Below the pieces are notes generated by a model. The model was not told the DNA's origin, made no database searches, and saw only the letters and a list, made by a program, of their open reading frames with translations. Below, piece after piece: positions 40,353-52,907 of a stretch of DNA of 64,000 bases. Both the position numbers and the translations under genes were made by a program. Position 1 is the stretch's first letter, and each line of letters starts with the position of its first letter. Source of the DNA: an uncultured Holophagales bacterium (GTDB lineage Bacteria; Acidobacteriota; Thermoanaerobaculia; Multivoradales; UBA5704); the NCBI GenBank assembly GCA_963842525.1, contig CAWJGT010000034.1, positions 608,001 to 672,000 of the forward strand. Direction: 5' to 3'.

Positions 40353-41570
40353 TCAGTCCACCGGACGGTTGCGGCCGTAGGTCTCGTGGGCGTCGACGAA
40401 TTCGCCGCTGGCGATGGCGCCCGCCATGGACAACTCGCCGGCGAGGAGCGTGGCGGCGGCGATCTCTGCCAAGCGCGGCGCGCCGCCCGGGCCCGCGCAG
40501 CCGAGCATCTCCAGGCACTCGCGCGCCGTGCCCAGGCCGGTGCCGCCGCCGACCGTGGCCACCGTGAGCGCCGGCAGGGTGACGCTGGCGTAGAGGTCCC
40601 CTTCCGGCGTGGCCTCGAAACAGGTGATCCCCACGGCCGAGTTGGCGACGTTGGCCACGTCCTGGCCGCAGGCGATGAAAAGGGCGGTCAAGCCGTTGGC
40701 GAAGTGGCCGTTGTAGCCGAGCGTGCCCCCCTGGAGATGGCCGAGCACGGTGTGGCGCCAGAGGTCGGCCATCTCCTGCGGCGTGGTGTGCAGGTAGGCG
40801 CGCACCACCCGCGCCGGCAGGCGCGCTCCCGCAATCACCTTCTTTCCCTTGCCGCCGGCAAAGAGCGAGCCGCTGGCCCGCTTCTCCGATTCGAGGCCGC
40901 TGAAGATGTAGTGGCGCCGGGCCCGGGTGTTGGCGAGCAGCCAGCGGCAGGCCTTGTCGGTGGCCTTGACGATCATGTTCATGCCGTGGGCGTCGCCGGT
41001 CGAATAGACGAAATGGACCATCACCTCGCGGCCCACCGGCTGCGGCTCGATGCGGAGCAGCCGGCCGTGGCGGGTGGTGGACTCGGCCTCGGTGCGCAGC
41101 GACTCGAAGCGGGCCGGCAGCTCGCGGGCGAAATCGGCCGCCTCGGCGATGCTGTCGAGCACGAACACGGGGGTGACGCGGTTCTCGTCGGCGAGCAGCC
41201 GCACCTGGGCGCCGCCCGAGCGGGTGAGGGCCACCATGCCGCGCTCGTAGGAGCGCACGAGCGCCCCTTCGGTGGTGGCCAGGGGGACGTAGACCTCGCC
41301 GCGCGCGTGCTCGCCGTCGATCTTCAGCGGGCCGGCCAGGCCGAGCGGCACCTGGACGGCGCCGATCGGGTTTTCGATGTTTCCCTGCATCGACTCGCCG
41401 GGCAGCGTGCAGGCGCCCACGTGCCGGAGGCCGGCGCCGGTCCGCTCCTCGATCCAGCGTCGCCGGGCCGCGATGTCGTCGTCGCCATAGCCCTGGCCAT
41501 CCAGGCGCGGCACCAGGTCGTGGGTCCGTTCGGGCGCCGCCGGCTCGGCGGCCTCTGGGGGCCGGCGCAC
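40353..41570 (-). CDS. HMG-CoA reductase family protein (class I-like)
   Basis: IENPIG, LATTEGAL, TGDAHGMN, CGQDVA, TVGGGT, AGELS. Start approximate (GTG 41570). Confidence 0.9.
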   Translation of the reverse strand: MRRPPEAAEPAAPERTHDLVPRLDGQGYGDDDIAARRRWIEERTGAGLRHVGACTLPGESMQGNIENPIGAVQVPLGLAGPLKIDGEHARGEVYVPLATTEGALVRSYERGMVALTRSGGAQVRLLADENRVTPVFVLDSIAEAADFARELPARFESLRTEAESTTRHGRLLRIEPQPVGREVMVHFVYSTGDAHGMNMIVKATDKACRWLLANTRARRHYIFSGLESEKRASGSLFAGGKGKKVIAGARLPARVVRAYLHTTPQEMADLWRHTVLGHLQGGTLGYNGHFANGLTALFIACGQDVANVANSAVGITCFEATPEGDLYASVTLPALTVATVGGGTGLGTARECLEMLGCAGPGGAPRLAEIAAATLLAGELSMAGAIASGEFVDAHETYGRNRPVD

Positions 41571-41575
41571 TCCGC

Positions 41576-42826
41576 TCAGCCTCCTTCCTGGAGGGATTCC
41601 AGAGTCGACTCCAGAGTCGATTCCAAAATAAGCGCACAGCACTGGCCGTCCGCGGCGGCGGCATGGAGCAGGCCGAGGCGCGGCCTGCGGTGGAGCCGCC
41701 GCGTCTCTGCGGCAACACCGGCCAGCGGGAACCCTTCCTCGGGCGTCTCCAGGCCGAGGACGCCCGGCAGGGCGCCGTCGCCAAAGGTGCCGAGCAGGGC
41801 GACGGCCTGGAGGGCTCCCGAGGCGCCCGGCGCCTCGCCCAGCATGGCCTTGACGGCGGTGGCCGGACGCGCCGCGGCGCGGTCGCCGAGGGCGGCGGCC
41901 ACGCCGCGCGCCTCGCAGCGGTCACCCAGGACGCTGCCGTTCGCGGAGAGACTCAGGACGTCGAGGTCTTCCGCCGCGACCGCCGCGTCCTCCAGGGCGA
42001 GCCGGACCGCGCCGGCAACGGCCTCGGCGCGCTCCTCTTCGTCGCCGCCGGAGGCATCGAAGCCCATGCCGTGGCCCCGCACTTCGGCGAGCACCCGGGC
42101 ACCGCGCGCGGTCGCGGCCTCGGCGTCCTCCAGCATCAGGACGGCCGCGCCCTCGGCCAGCGCGAACCCGTCGCGCCGGGCGTCGAACGGCACCGGCACC
42201 CCGCCGAGCCGGCCGGCGCGCTGGAAGCCGAGGAACGATTCAAAACAAAGCTCCTCGGCGCCGCCGGCGAGCACGGCATCGGCCCGGCCGCTGCGGATCA
42301 GCTCCGCGGCATAGGCGAGGGCCATCAGCCCCGAGGCCTCGCCGCCCGCCACGGTGGAGTTGACGCCGCGCAGGCCGTGCCAGATCGCCGCCTGCCCGGC
42401 CGCGGCGTTGATGACGCTGTTGGCGAAGTCCATGGGGCTGGCGTAGGAGGGGCCGAGCTGCACGGCCCGGCGGTCGAACTCGGCGATCGTCCGCACGCTG
42501 CAGAACATCGTGCCGAGCACCAGGCCCACTTCCCTCTCGGCCCGCATTTCGGCGGTCCAGCCGCTGCTTTCGAGCGCCCGTTGGACAGCCACCAGCAGAA
42601 GCCGGGCCGTGCGGTCCACGGGCCGCAGGTTGCGGTCGCCCAGGTAGGCCTGGGGATCGAACGGCCGGACCTCTCCCCCGAGCCGCGGGCCCAGGCCGTC
42701 GAGCGCGAACAGCTCGATCGGCTTCAAGGCGCTCTGCTGCGCGCAGAGCGCGGCGTGCAGGCCTTCCGGCGTGTCGCCGAGCGGCGACAGGACCCCGGCC
42801 CCGGTGACGACGACGCGGCGGCTCAT
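41576..42826 (-). CDS. Inactive ketosynthase / chain-length-factor-like subunit
   Basis: KS fold with catalytic Cys replaced (AGGEASG), HGTGT replaced by ANGS, and GH replaced by GE. Confidence 0.85.
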   Translation of the reverse strand: MSRRVVVTGAGVLSPLGDTPEGLHAALCAQQSALKPIELFALDGLGPRLGGEVRPFDPQAYLGDRNLRPVDRTARLLLVAVQRALESSGWTAEMRAEREVGLVLGTMFCSVRTIAEFDRRAVQLGPSYASPMDFANSVINAAAGQAAIWHGLRGVNSTVAGGEASGLMALAYAAELIRSGRADAVLAGGAEELCFESFLGFQRAGRLGGVPVPFDARRDGFALAEGAAVLMLEDAEAATARGARVLAEVRGHGMGFDASGGDEEERAEAVAGAVRLALEDAAVAAEDLDVLSLSANGSVLGDRCEARGVAAALGDRAAARPATAVKAMLGEAPGASGALQAVALLGTFGDGALPGVLGLETPEEGFPLAGVAAETRRLHRRPRLGLLHAAAADGQCCALILESTLESTLESLQEGG

Positions 42827-44038
42827 GCAGCCTCGCTCCGCCGGAAGATCACCGAGGCGTTATTGCCGCCGAAGGCGTAGGCGTTGTTCATCGCCACCCG
42901 CACGTCATGCTCGCGGGCCGCGTTGGGGACGTAGTCGAGGTCCTCCTCGGGCTCCTCGAGGTTCATGGTCGGCGGGATGCGGCCGGTCGCGACCGCCAGC
43001 GAGCAGACGAACGCCTCGATGGCCGAGGCGGCTCCCATGGTGTGGCCGATCATCGACTTGACCGAGCTCATCGGCGTGCGGCAGCCGGAGCCGAAGACGC
43101 GGAGCACCGCCACGGTCTCCAGGCGGTCGTTGGTCGGCGTGCCCGTGCCATGGGCGCTGATGTAGTCGACGTCCGTGGGAGCCAGCCCGGCGTCGGACAG
43201 CGCGCGCTGCATGGCCCGCGCCGCACCGTCGCCCTCGGGGTGGGCCGCGGTCATGTGATGGGCGTCGCAGGAGAGGCCGTAGCCGGCCACCTCTGCATAG
43301 ACGCGGGCGCCGCGGGCCCGTGCCCGGTCGAGCGGCTCCAGGACCAGGACGCCCGCTCCTTCGCCCGGGATCATGCCTTTGCGGTTGCGGTCGAACGGCT
43401 GGCAGGTCTCGGGCGCGATGGCGCCGAGGCGGGCGAAACCGGCGTAGGTGATGCGCGAAAAAGCGTCGGCGCCGCCGGCGAGCATCACGTCCGCCCGTCC
43501 CGAGCGCAGCACGTCCAGGGCGTGGGCAATGGCGTAGTTGCCTGCCGCGCAGGCGGTCGGGATCATGGTGTTGACGCCGCCGAAACCGAGCTCCCGCGCC
43601 ACGTGCGCGGCAATCATGTGGCATGGATAGAGGCCGATGAACTCGCCGCCCACCTGATCGATCTCGCCGGCAAGGAAGCGGTCGTTGAAGCGCTCGACCT
43701 CGCGCGGCTCGCCCGAGGTCGTGCCCATGGCCACCCCCGCCCGCCGGGGGTTCAGTCTCTCCACGCCGAGGCCGGCGTCCTCCACGGCCTGCCGGGCGGC
43801 GGCGATGGCGAGCTGCGAGGCGCGGCCGAGCCGGTCCGGGTCGAGCCGGCGTACCGAGGGGCGCGGATCGAAGCCGCGCACCTCGGCGCCGAGGTGGACG
43901 CTGAACTTGGCGGTGTTCGAACGACTCGACCGGCGCGAAACCGCTCTTGCCGGCGAGAAGGTTCGCCCACGCCTCCTCACGCCCTGCGCCGACCGGAGTC
44001 ACGACGCCGAGGCCGGTCACGGCCACCCGGACCGTCAT
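42823..44038 (-). CDS. Beta-ketoacyl-ACP synthase (FabF-like KS); frameshift near 43920
   Basis: VAVTGLGVVTPVG; TACAAG, AHGTGT, KSMIGHTMGA, AFGGNN. Confidence 0.92.
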
Positions 44039-44309
44039 GCCGGGGCGGCTCCCGTTGCGGCGGAGAGCTCGGCCAGGCGGCCCTGGACCAGCGCGACCAT
44101 CTGCGGCAGGCTCTCGATCTCCTTGTAGCGCTCGTCGGGCAGCTCGAGCTTGAAGGCGAGGTCGACGTCGACCCCGATCTCGAGCAGCGACAGGGAATCC
44201 AACCGGAGTCGTCGCGCAGGCTGGCCTCGTCCGGGATCCGCTGTGGATCGAGGCCGGCGATGTTGGAGATGATCTTCTTGATCCGGGCCGTGATCTCGGC
44301 TTTGTCCAT
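44035..44309 (-). CDS. Acyl carrier protein; frameshift near 44210
   Basis: AGGAGG RBS; MDKAEITARIKKII...LRDD/LRLDSLSLLEIGVDVDLAFKLELPDE. Confidence 0.88.
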
Positions 44310-44453
44310 TCCATCCTCCTAAACTGCGATTCATCTGTAAAAACATCAACCCCAAGACATTGACTACAGGCGATTCATAGCCATCCGGCGTTACATCCCT
44401 CCTCGGCCTCAGAACCGGTAGGTCGACAGGCAAAGGCAGGCGTGGAGGGCCCC

Positions 44454-44941
44454 TCAGCCGATCCGCTCCGGCCATAGGCGCGCGAGGAGGGGGAGGAAGC
44501 TCGGGCCGGGCACGCCGGCGCCCTCTTCCCGCACCTCGGGCGCTACAAGGCCTTCCAGCAGGCTCAGCACGTCCCAGCTCACCCACCCCTCGACGATCTT
44601 GCCGTCCTCGATGCGCAGCACGTCGACGCCCGACGTCGAGGCCTCGCGGCCGGTGGGCGGCAGGCCGAGGAGGTCCCCCGTGTTGCGCCCGCGGGCGCTC
44701 CAGCGCACCACCACCATGTCGGCCTCGGCGATGATCTGCTCGGCGGTGACCCGGACCTCGCTGAAGGCCAGATGGTAGAAAAGCACGAGCTGGCCGAGCG
44801 CCTCCGGGCCGCGCGCGAAGTCGGTCTGGAACGGCACGCGCGCGTGGATCAGGCAGTCGCGGTGCAGGATCTCGTCGGCGATCGACAGGTCGCCGGAGTT
44901 CCACAAGTCTTCGCGGAATCGGCGGGCGATCGCCTTTTGGC

Positions 44942-44945
<4 letters not shown>
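44454..44945 (-). CDS. SnoaL-like ester cyclase
   Basis: MSQKAIARRFREDLWNSGDL...IIAEADMVVVRW...LGLPPTGR...DGKIVEGW. Confidence 0.88.
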
Positions 44946-46657
<1,712 letters not shown>

Positions 46658-46664
46658 GGGCGGA

Positions 46665-49536
46665 TCAACCTCCGGCGATGGTCGCCTGCTCGGGGCTCTT
46701 GGTCCCGGCGGGCTTCGTGATGCGGTCGAGCGGCACGCTCTCGTGCTCGTGAATCTGCTGCCGCTCATTGTTGTCCTCGGGGCTGACCATCCGGCGCTTG
46801 GCGGTGATGGCCTGCGACGCCTCCTCGGCCTTGAAGCGGCGGAAAAGCTTCTCCGCCCGCTCGGCCTTCTCCGTGTTGCCCAGGGCGCGCCAGCAGAGCA
46901 TGGCCGTGTAGTGCATCTGCACGTCCTCGGGATCGACCAAGCAGACCCGGTCGAGCGCCTGCAGGGCCTCCTTGTACTGGCGCTTCAGGAACAGGACGCG
47001 GGCGATCTGGTTGAGCACCACGCGGTCGCGCGGGTACTTCGCCTCGACCGTGCGCAGCGAGCGGAGGGCCGCGTCGTAGTCGCCCTAGGCCTTCTCGATC
47101 ATGGCCTTGAAGAAGTGGATGCGGCCGAGGCTAGAATCGATCGCCAGCGCCTTCTGGATGTACGGCCGGGCCGCGTCGACCTGGCCCTCGCGGATGAGGG
47201 CGCGGGCCACGTTGAGCCAGCCGTCGGCGTACTTGGGATCGGCCTGGGTGACCCGCTGGAAGGCGTATTCGGCCCCCTTCAGGTCGCCCTGCAGCAGCAG
47301 GCCGATCCCCCAGTCGTTCCAGCGCTCCCAGTCCTCCTTGACGACCACCGGCTTCCACACCGCACCGTCCTCCCCCAGCTCGAGCTTGGCCTCGTCCGTG
47401 GCGAGGACGATGATCGGCAGGTCCGGGATCTCACCCTTGAGCTGGCCCGAGACGTTGGCCGGGACGTTCGCTTTGTCGAACGAGTAGTCGAGGCTGTTGT
47501 GGTGGGCGGAGACGAGCTCCGGCCCCTGCCCCGCCTTCGGCTGGCCGGCATAGGCGAACTGCGTGTAGTAGTGGGCGAACTTGCGGTAGTTGAGCTTCGC
47601 CGTCAGGGTGATCGGCCCGCGGGCGCCCTCCGGGACCTTCATCCGGAAGTGGACCGTGTCGGCCGCGCCGGGCGGGATCAGGCGGGCGTAGAGCGCGCTG
47701 CGCGCCTGCCAGGCGTTCCGCTTGTTGATCGGGTTGCCCTCGGCGTCGAGCGCCAGCGACTGATACCGGTGGGCTCCCGCCTCGACGGGGCCCGACCGCC
47801 CGTTCCCCTCGTCCTCGACCATGCCGCTCCAGTAGACGACCTTGCCGTCCGCGTCGCGCCCCTGGAGCTCCAGCCAGACGTCGAAGGCGTCCACCGTGCC
47901 GCCTGGGAAGAAGTGGCCGATGGCGCGCGTGCGCACGACCACGTCGACGCGCACGGTGGAGCCGGGCGGCAGCTTGAGGCCGGCCCGGTCGATCGGCGCC
48001 GCGACCTGGCCGACCTCCCGGATCACAACGGGTCCTCCCTGCTCGGCCTCCTCGCCCACCGCGAAGGTGGACATGACCTGCGGCCCGGTGCTCGCCGGGG
48101 CTGCCCGCCGCACCATGGCCGTCTCCCGTTCGCTCTCCACCACCGGCGAGACGGCGAAGATGTCGACCGTGATGAAGCCCGACTGGAGGAACTTCTTCGT
48201 GACCTCCATCTGCGTCTCGTCGCGGTTGACGAACGGCAGGGCCGTGTTGGCCGCCGGGAAGCGGTGCGAGTGGACCTTGCCGCCGCGGTTGCCGGGGTCG
48301 TTCGATGCCACCAGCGGCATGTGGCAGCCGGCGCAGGTCTTGGTCTCCGCCGGGTAGTAGAACGAGCGCGCGCCCTGTCCCGAGACGCCGCTCGCCTGCC
48401 AGTTGTCATAGTCGTTGAAGCCGCGGAACCAGCGGTAGGAGTTCACCGGCACGTCGAGGTGCACCTTGTGGCAGGAGGCGCAGAACTCGGCCGAGTCCTG
48501 CCGCATGAACGGCTTCATGAATGTATTCCGGTGCGGCTCCGGGTCGGTGTATGTGAGGAAACGGTCGACCCTCCGGATGAACGGGTTCTTGCTCGTCGCC
48601 AGCTCGTGGAGCGGCGGGTATTCGATCGTGAAGTCGCCGTTGCCCATCGAGCTGCCGACGTGCGTGATGGCATGGCACGAGGTGCAGGCCAGGCCCGCAT
48701 GCGCCTCCGGCGTGTCGATCTGCTCCTTGATCGGCCGCTCGAAACGGCCGTTGAAGAACACCGCGTGGTCGTGGCAGCCGGCGCACCACTTGGTCGGCTC
48801 CGTCCCCACCACGTCCTGCATGTACTCGATCGACTTTCTGTAGAACTGGTTGTTGAACGAGCCGAAATGGTGTGCCGAGCTGTTCCACTGCTCGTAGATG
48901 TCCTTGTGGCACTCGCCGCAGGTCTGCGAATCCATGAAGAAGTTGGACGGGATGATGCCCGCCCACGTTGGTCTTCGCCGAGGAGGGGAAGAACGGCGAC
49001 TGCGGGCCGCCGCCCTCCTCGGACATGGAGGTCGGGACGATCAGCGGGTTCTTGATGCGGTGGCTCGGGTTCGGATTGGCCTTCCGGTAGAGCGCCATGC
49101 CCCCGGGCAGCAGCACCAGCAGGGCCGCGCACGCAACGAAGGCGTTGCGGAGCCGCAGCCAGCCGCCCCCGCGCTCCGCCGCCTTGCGCCAGGCCCACGG
49201 GACGAGGGCCAGGGCCCCGAGACCGGCGGTGGCGATGTGGGTCCAGAGGAGCCACCGGTTCTGGAAGATGTTGCCCGCCCAGGTCAGCCACAGCCCGGCG
49301 AGCAGGGACAGGAGGAAGAGGGCCGCCGCAGGCGCGAGGCCGCGGACCCAATCCTCTCCCCGGTGCCGGACGAGCAGGACCGCCAGGCACACGGCCACGG
49401 CGAGGCCGAGCCCGAGGTGCAGCAGCACATTGGACATGTAGAAAACGGTCGGCGAGGCGAACGCCGCCAGATAGGCGGTGTTCACCAGCAGCACCAGGAA
49501 GAGCGCCGCGGTCCACGTTGCGAGCTTGCTTTTCAT
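46665..49536 (-). CDS. Membrane-anchored pentaheme c-type cytochrome with C-terminal TPRs; frameshift near 48960 and in-frame TAG at 47085-47087
   Basis: ~5 N-terminal TMs; CGECH, CAGCH, CTSCH, CASCH, CAGCH; the TPR frame continues past the TAG. Confidence 0.85.
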
Positions 49537-52500
49537 GGGTTTGGTGCCTCCTCACGCAGAGGGTGCAGGAGCCGGAGGGCGGGCCGGGTGTTGTAGTGCT
49601 CCCGGTAGAGCCTGTGCAGCTCGCCGTCGGGGAAGCTCTCGCCCTCTGGATACGGGTATTGGGACATGCCGTGGAACGGCAGGGGCTCGACGGTCTGGGA
49701 GAAGGCGGTGTTGGCATCGCCGTCCTTGGCCCAGCCGTCCACGAAGAGCAGGAAGTCGCGCCGCCAGCCTTCCGGCAGGGGCGGCAGGGCGCCGGCGTCG
49801 AAGAGCAGGCGGATCTCGTCGCCCGAGCCCATGACGACCAGCCGGTCGTCGATCACGTCGAGCAGCTCCCGGACGTCGCCGTAGCGGGTGTAGAGCCCCG
49901 GCGTCGGGTTCCACATCGAGACCGGCATCCAGCTCTGGTAGTCGAACTGCTCCGGCTGCTTGCGCTCGGGGTGGACGACGGGACGCGAGAAGCCGCGGTA
50001 GCGCAGAGAGGCCGTGGCGGGCGCGAGCCCGGTGAGGACCGCCTCGGGCTCTCCGGTCTCTTCGGCAAGATAGATCTCGTCCCAATAGACGCAGAGGCTG
50101 GTCTCGATCCGCACCTCGCGCGAGGCGGAGAGGAACTTGCCCGTGAGGTCGACGACGATGGTCTTCGGCTTGCCGGCGGGGATGCCCATGTCCTCGATCA
50201 CCGTCTGCCAGCGGCCCTGCGCGTCCTTCACCTGGATGCTCGGGAAGACCAGGCCGGCACTCGATCCGGACACTGACTCCTGCGCCGCGCCGAGGAAGGT
50301 CGAGCCGTCGGCCCAATCCACCCAGCCGGAGAGGACCAGGATCGCCTGGTTGTCCGCCGCCGCGGCTTTCCCGAAATCGAGCTCCACGGCATGCAGCTCG
50401 GCGATCCCGGAGGAGGTCCGCCGGAAGCCGTCCGGGTAGGTGCGGTCGGTCGCCAGCAGGCGCGGCAGCACGTCGCGTCCGCGGTGGTCGCGGGCGCGCA
50501 CCGGATGGATCCGCTTCTCCACCCCGAACAGGCGGAAGTCGGGGAAGGGCGGCGCCTTGAACTTGTCGTTCGTCAGCACTTCGATCCTCTCCGGATGGTC
50601 GACCGCGATCAGGTGGACCTGATCCAGGAAGGCGACCTCGCGCAGCTCCTCGGTGATCCGGATCTCATACCTGCCGGGGTCTGATGCCAGCGGTTTCAGC
50701 GACTCGCCGCGGATCTGCACGATTTCGTCGTGGTCCACCGGAAAATAGGTGCCGTCGCCCGCGCTCGCTCCGAGCGGCGCCACGCCCAGCACATCGGTGA
50801 TGAACTCGAATTCGCGGCCGTTCCACGTGAAGATCATAGGACAAGAGCCGGACAAGCGGGGCGCCTCCTTGTAAGCTCGTGCGCCCGCGGCCTGCCGCGT
50901 CTCGTTCTGGATCAGCCCGTTCGGCCAGGTGATGCGGACCGTGTCGGCCTCCGTGCGGTCGCCCAGCCCGAAGAGGAGCGGCACGCCGCCATAGGTCTTC
51001 TTCTGGTAGCTGGAGCCGGACTTGACCTCCACCTCCGCCCCTGGGGCGAGCTTCAGGTTCTTGACCCCCTCGAGGCTCACGGAGAGCCACCGGCCACCGG
51101 CCGGGGTGGCATTGCGCAGCCGCCGCAGGACGCCGTCCCGGCCCACTGCCGCGAGGTCGGTCCGCCCGTCGCCGTCGAAGTCCGCGGCGGCGAGGGAGGT
51201 GGCCGGGAACCCCGTTCCGTCCACGTTCACGAGGCCGCTCGCGCCGCGGTTGTCGAGGTCGGCGAAGACCAGAGGGCCCGTGGCGGTCAGGCCGGCTCCC
51301 TTCTCCAGCCTTCCCCGCAGGCTCCGTCCGTTGCGGAGCAGGCCATCGGACACCACGAGGTCGGTCCAGCCGTCCTGGTCGGCGTCGAACGCGGCGAGGG
51401 TCCTCTCCCCCGCCGGCAGGAGGTCGAGCGGCTCGGCCTCGTACAGCCCGCCGAGGCGGTCGCGGTAGAGGACGCCGGTACGGTCCGCATAGGCCACGGC
51501 CAGGTCCATCCCCTGGGTGTCGGCGACCAGGTTGAACACCACTCCGGCGACCGCGCGGCCGGGCACGAAGGGGAAGCGGGCCGTCTCGTCGCTCCAGCCG
51601 GCAGGACCCTGATTGCGGACCAGGGCGGGCTTGTCCCCGAGCAGGACCAGGTCGGCGTCGTAGTCGTGGTCGTAGTCGAGCCAGAGGGCCTGGCGGAAGC
51701 TCCCGGCCGGCAGGGTCGCAGCGACCTTCTCGAACCGCCCTTTCGCGTTCCGGTAGAGGGTCAGGCCCGGAGCCAGGACGGCGAGGTCGGCGAGGCCGTC
51801 GTTGTCGAAATCGCCGGGCTCGATGGCCGTGACGCCGCGCAGCTCTTCGAGGCCGGTCGTCGCGACGCGAGAGGTGCCGTCCTTGAACAGCAGGGCGCCC
51901 TTGCTGGACCAGGCGAGGAGGTCCGGACGGCCGTCACTGTCCGCGTCCAGCACCGCCAGGCCCGCGGTCGCCGGATCGAGGCCGGTGGCGAGCTCGGTAG
52001 GGTCGAGCTTCAAGGATGCCGGCAGAATACCGGAGCCAAGGGCGCTCCCAGCGGCGGGTTCAACTTCGTCGAGGATCTCCGAGAACCAGCTCCACTCCAG
52101 GTCCTCGGGCACGGCCGCGCCCTCCTGGCTCGCCTTGATCTGCTTGAAGGTGTCGAGCTCGCGCTGGGCCTCCTCGGTCCGGCCGGCCTGGCGGTAGGCG
52201 TTGTAGAGCTGGAAATGGGGCCCGGCGAGGCGCGGCCCGAGGCGCATGGCCTCCTCGAAGTGCTTCAGGGAGAGGTCGGGCTTGCCGGTCAGCTTGTAAA
52301 GCGTGCCCAGGTTGTAGTGCGAGACCGGCTCGTCAGGGACGAGCTGCACCATTTTCTCGAGCTGGGCGATGGCCTTGTCGTACTGCGACTCCCGCTTGTA
52401 GACGATCCCCAGGTTGAACCAGGTGTGGGGGATCTGCGGCGCCTGCTCCTGGACCTTCGCGAGCTCGGCCACCCCCTCGGCCGCCTTGCCGGCCTTGAGC

Positions 52501-52907
52501 AGGGCGAGACCGTAGTTGAGGCGCTCGCGCGGCGAGCCCGGCGCCAGGTCCAGGGCCTTGCGGAATTCCTCCACGGCCTCGTACTGGGTGGTCGGATTTT
52601 CGTAGAACGCCTTGCCGAGGTTGCGGTGATGCCAGAGGAGGTCGTCCTTCGGCGCCGGGGCAGGCTGCTGGGAGAGTGCCGGGAACGCGAGGACGAGCAG
52701 GAGAGCGATCTTTCTCCCCCTTGCTCCTGTCGCGCCGCGCCCTCGCCCAGGGTTCACACCCTGGGCTACCAAATGTCGCCCTCCGGGCTCGGGAGAGCCG
52801 AGGTCTTCAGAGCCCGGAGGGCGGAACTGGGTAGCCCCGGGTGCCAACCCGGGGTGAGCGGGCGTCTCCCAGGCGGCCAAGTTAACGCCGGGGGGTGAGG
52901 ACCTCAC
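49533..52907 (-). CDS. TPR + FG-GAP + ASPIC/UnbV protein with a large C-terminal domain (GSCP...)
   Basis: GTG 52907 overlaps TGA 52904; hydrophobic signal IALLLVLAFPALSQ; TPRs; FG-GAP; FGLG...WPNG; SGSCPMIFTWNG. Confidence 0.8.
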   Translation of the reverse strand: MRSSPPGVNLAAWETPAHPGLAPGATQFRPPGSEDLGSPEPGGRHLVAQGVNPGRGRGATGARGRKIALLLVLAFPALSQQPAPAPKDDLLWHHRNLGKAFYENPTTQYEAVEEFRKALDLAPGSPRERLNYGLALLKAGKAAEGVAELAKVQEQAPQIPHTWFNLGIVYKRESQYDKAIAQLEKMVQLVPDEPVSHYNLGTLYKLTGKPDLSLKHFEEAMRLGPRLAGPHFQLYNAYRQAGRTEEAQRELDTFKQIKASQEGAAVPEDLEWSWFSEILDEVEPAAGSALGSGILPASLKLDPTELATGLDPATAGLAVLDADSDGRPDLLAWSSKGALLFKDGTSRVATTGLEELRGVTAIEPGDFDNDGLADLAVLAPGLTLYRNAKGRFEKVAATLPAGSFRQALWLDYDHDYDADLVLLGDKPALVRNQGPAGWSDETARFPFVPGRAVAGVVFNLVADTQGMDLAVAYADRTGVLYRDRLGGLYEAEPLDLLPAGERTLAAFDADQDGWTDLVVSDGLLRNGRSLRGRLEKGAGLTATGPLVFADLDNRGASGLVNVDGTGFPATSLAAADFDGDGRTDLAAVGRDGVLRRLRNATPAGGRWLSVSLEGVKNLKLAPGAEVEVKSGSSYQKKTYGGVPLLFGLGDRTEADTVRITWPNGLIQNETRQAAGARAYKEAPRLSGSCPMIFTWNGREFEFITDVLGVAPLGASAGDGTYFPVDHDEIVQIRGESLKPLASDPGRYEIRITEELREVAFLDQVHLIAVDHPERIEVLTNDKFKAPPFPDFRLFGVEKRIHPVRARDHRGRDVLPRLLATDRTYPDGFRRTSSGIAELHAVELDFGKAAAADNQAILVLSGWVDWADGSTFLGAAQESVSGSSAGLVFPSIQVKDAQGRWQTVIEDMGIPAGKPKTIVVDLTGKFLSASREVRIETSLCVYWDEIYLAEETGEPEAVLTGLAPATASLRYRGFSRPVVHPERKQPEQFDYQSWMPVSMWNPTPGLYTRYGDVRELLDVIDDRLVVMGSGDEIRLLFDAGALPPLPEGWRRDFLLFVDGWAKDGDANTAFSQTVEPLPFHGMSQYPYPEGESFPDGELHRLYREHYNTRPALRLLHPLREEAPNP
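52742..52858. repeat. Palindromic element (GTAGCCC-type) inside the 5' end of a CDS
   Basis: CCCAGGGT...ACCCTGGGCTACC...CGCCCTCCGGGCTC / GAGCCCGGAGGGCG...GGTAGCCCCGGGT...ACCCGGGG. Confidence 0.8.

Noticed and set aside
33899-41570. Carotenoid biosynthesis cluster
   Set aside because: No crtB/crtE or lycopene cyclase; the genes are coupled to KS/ACP instead.
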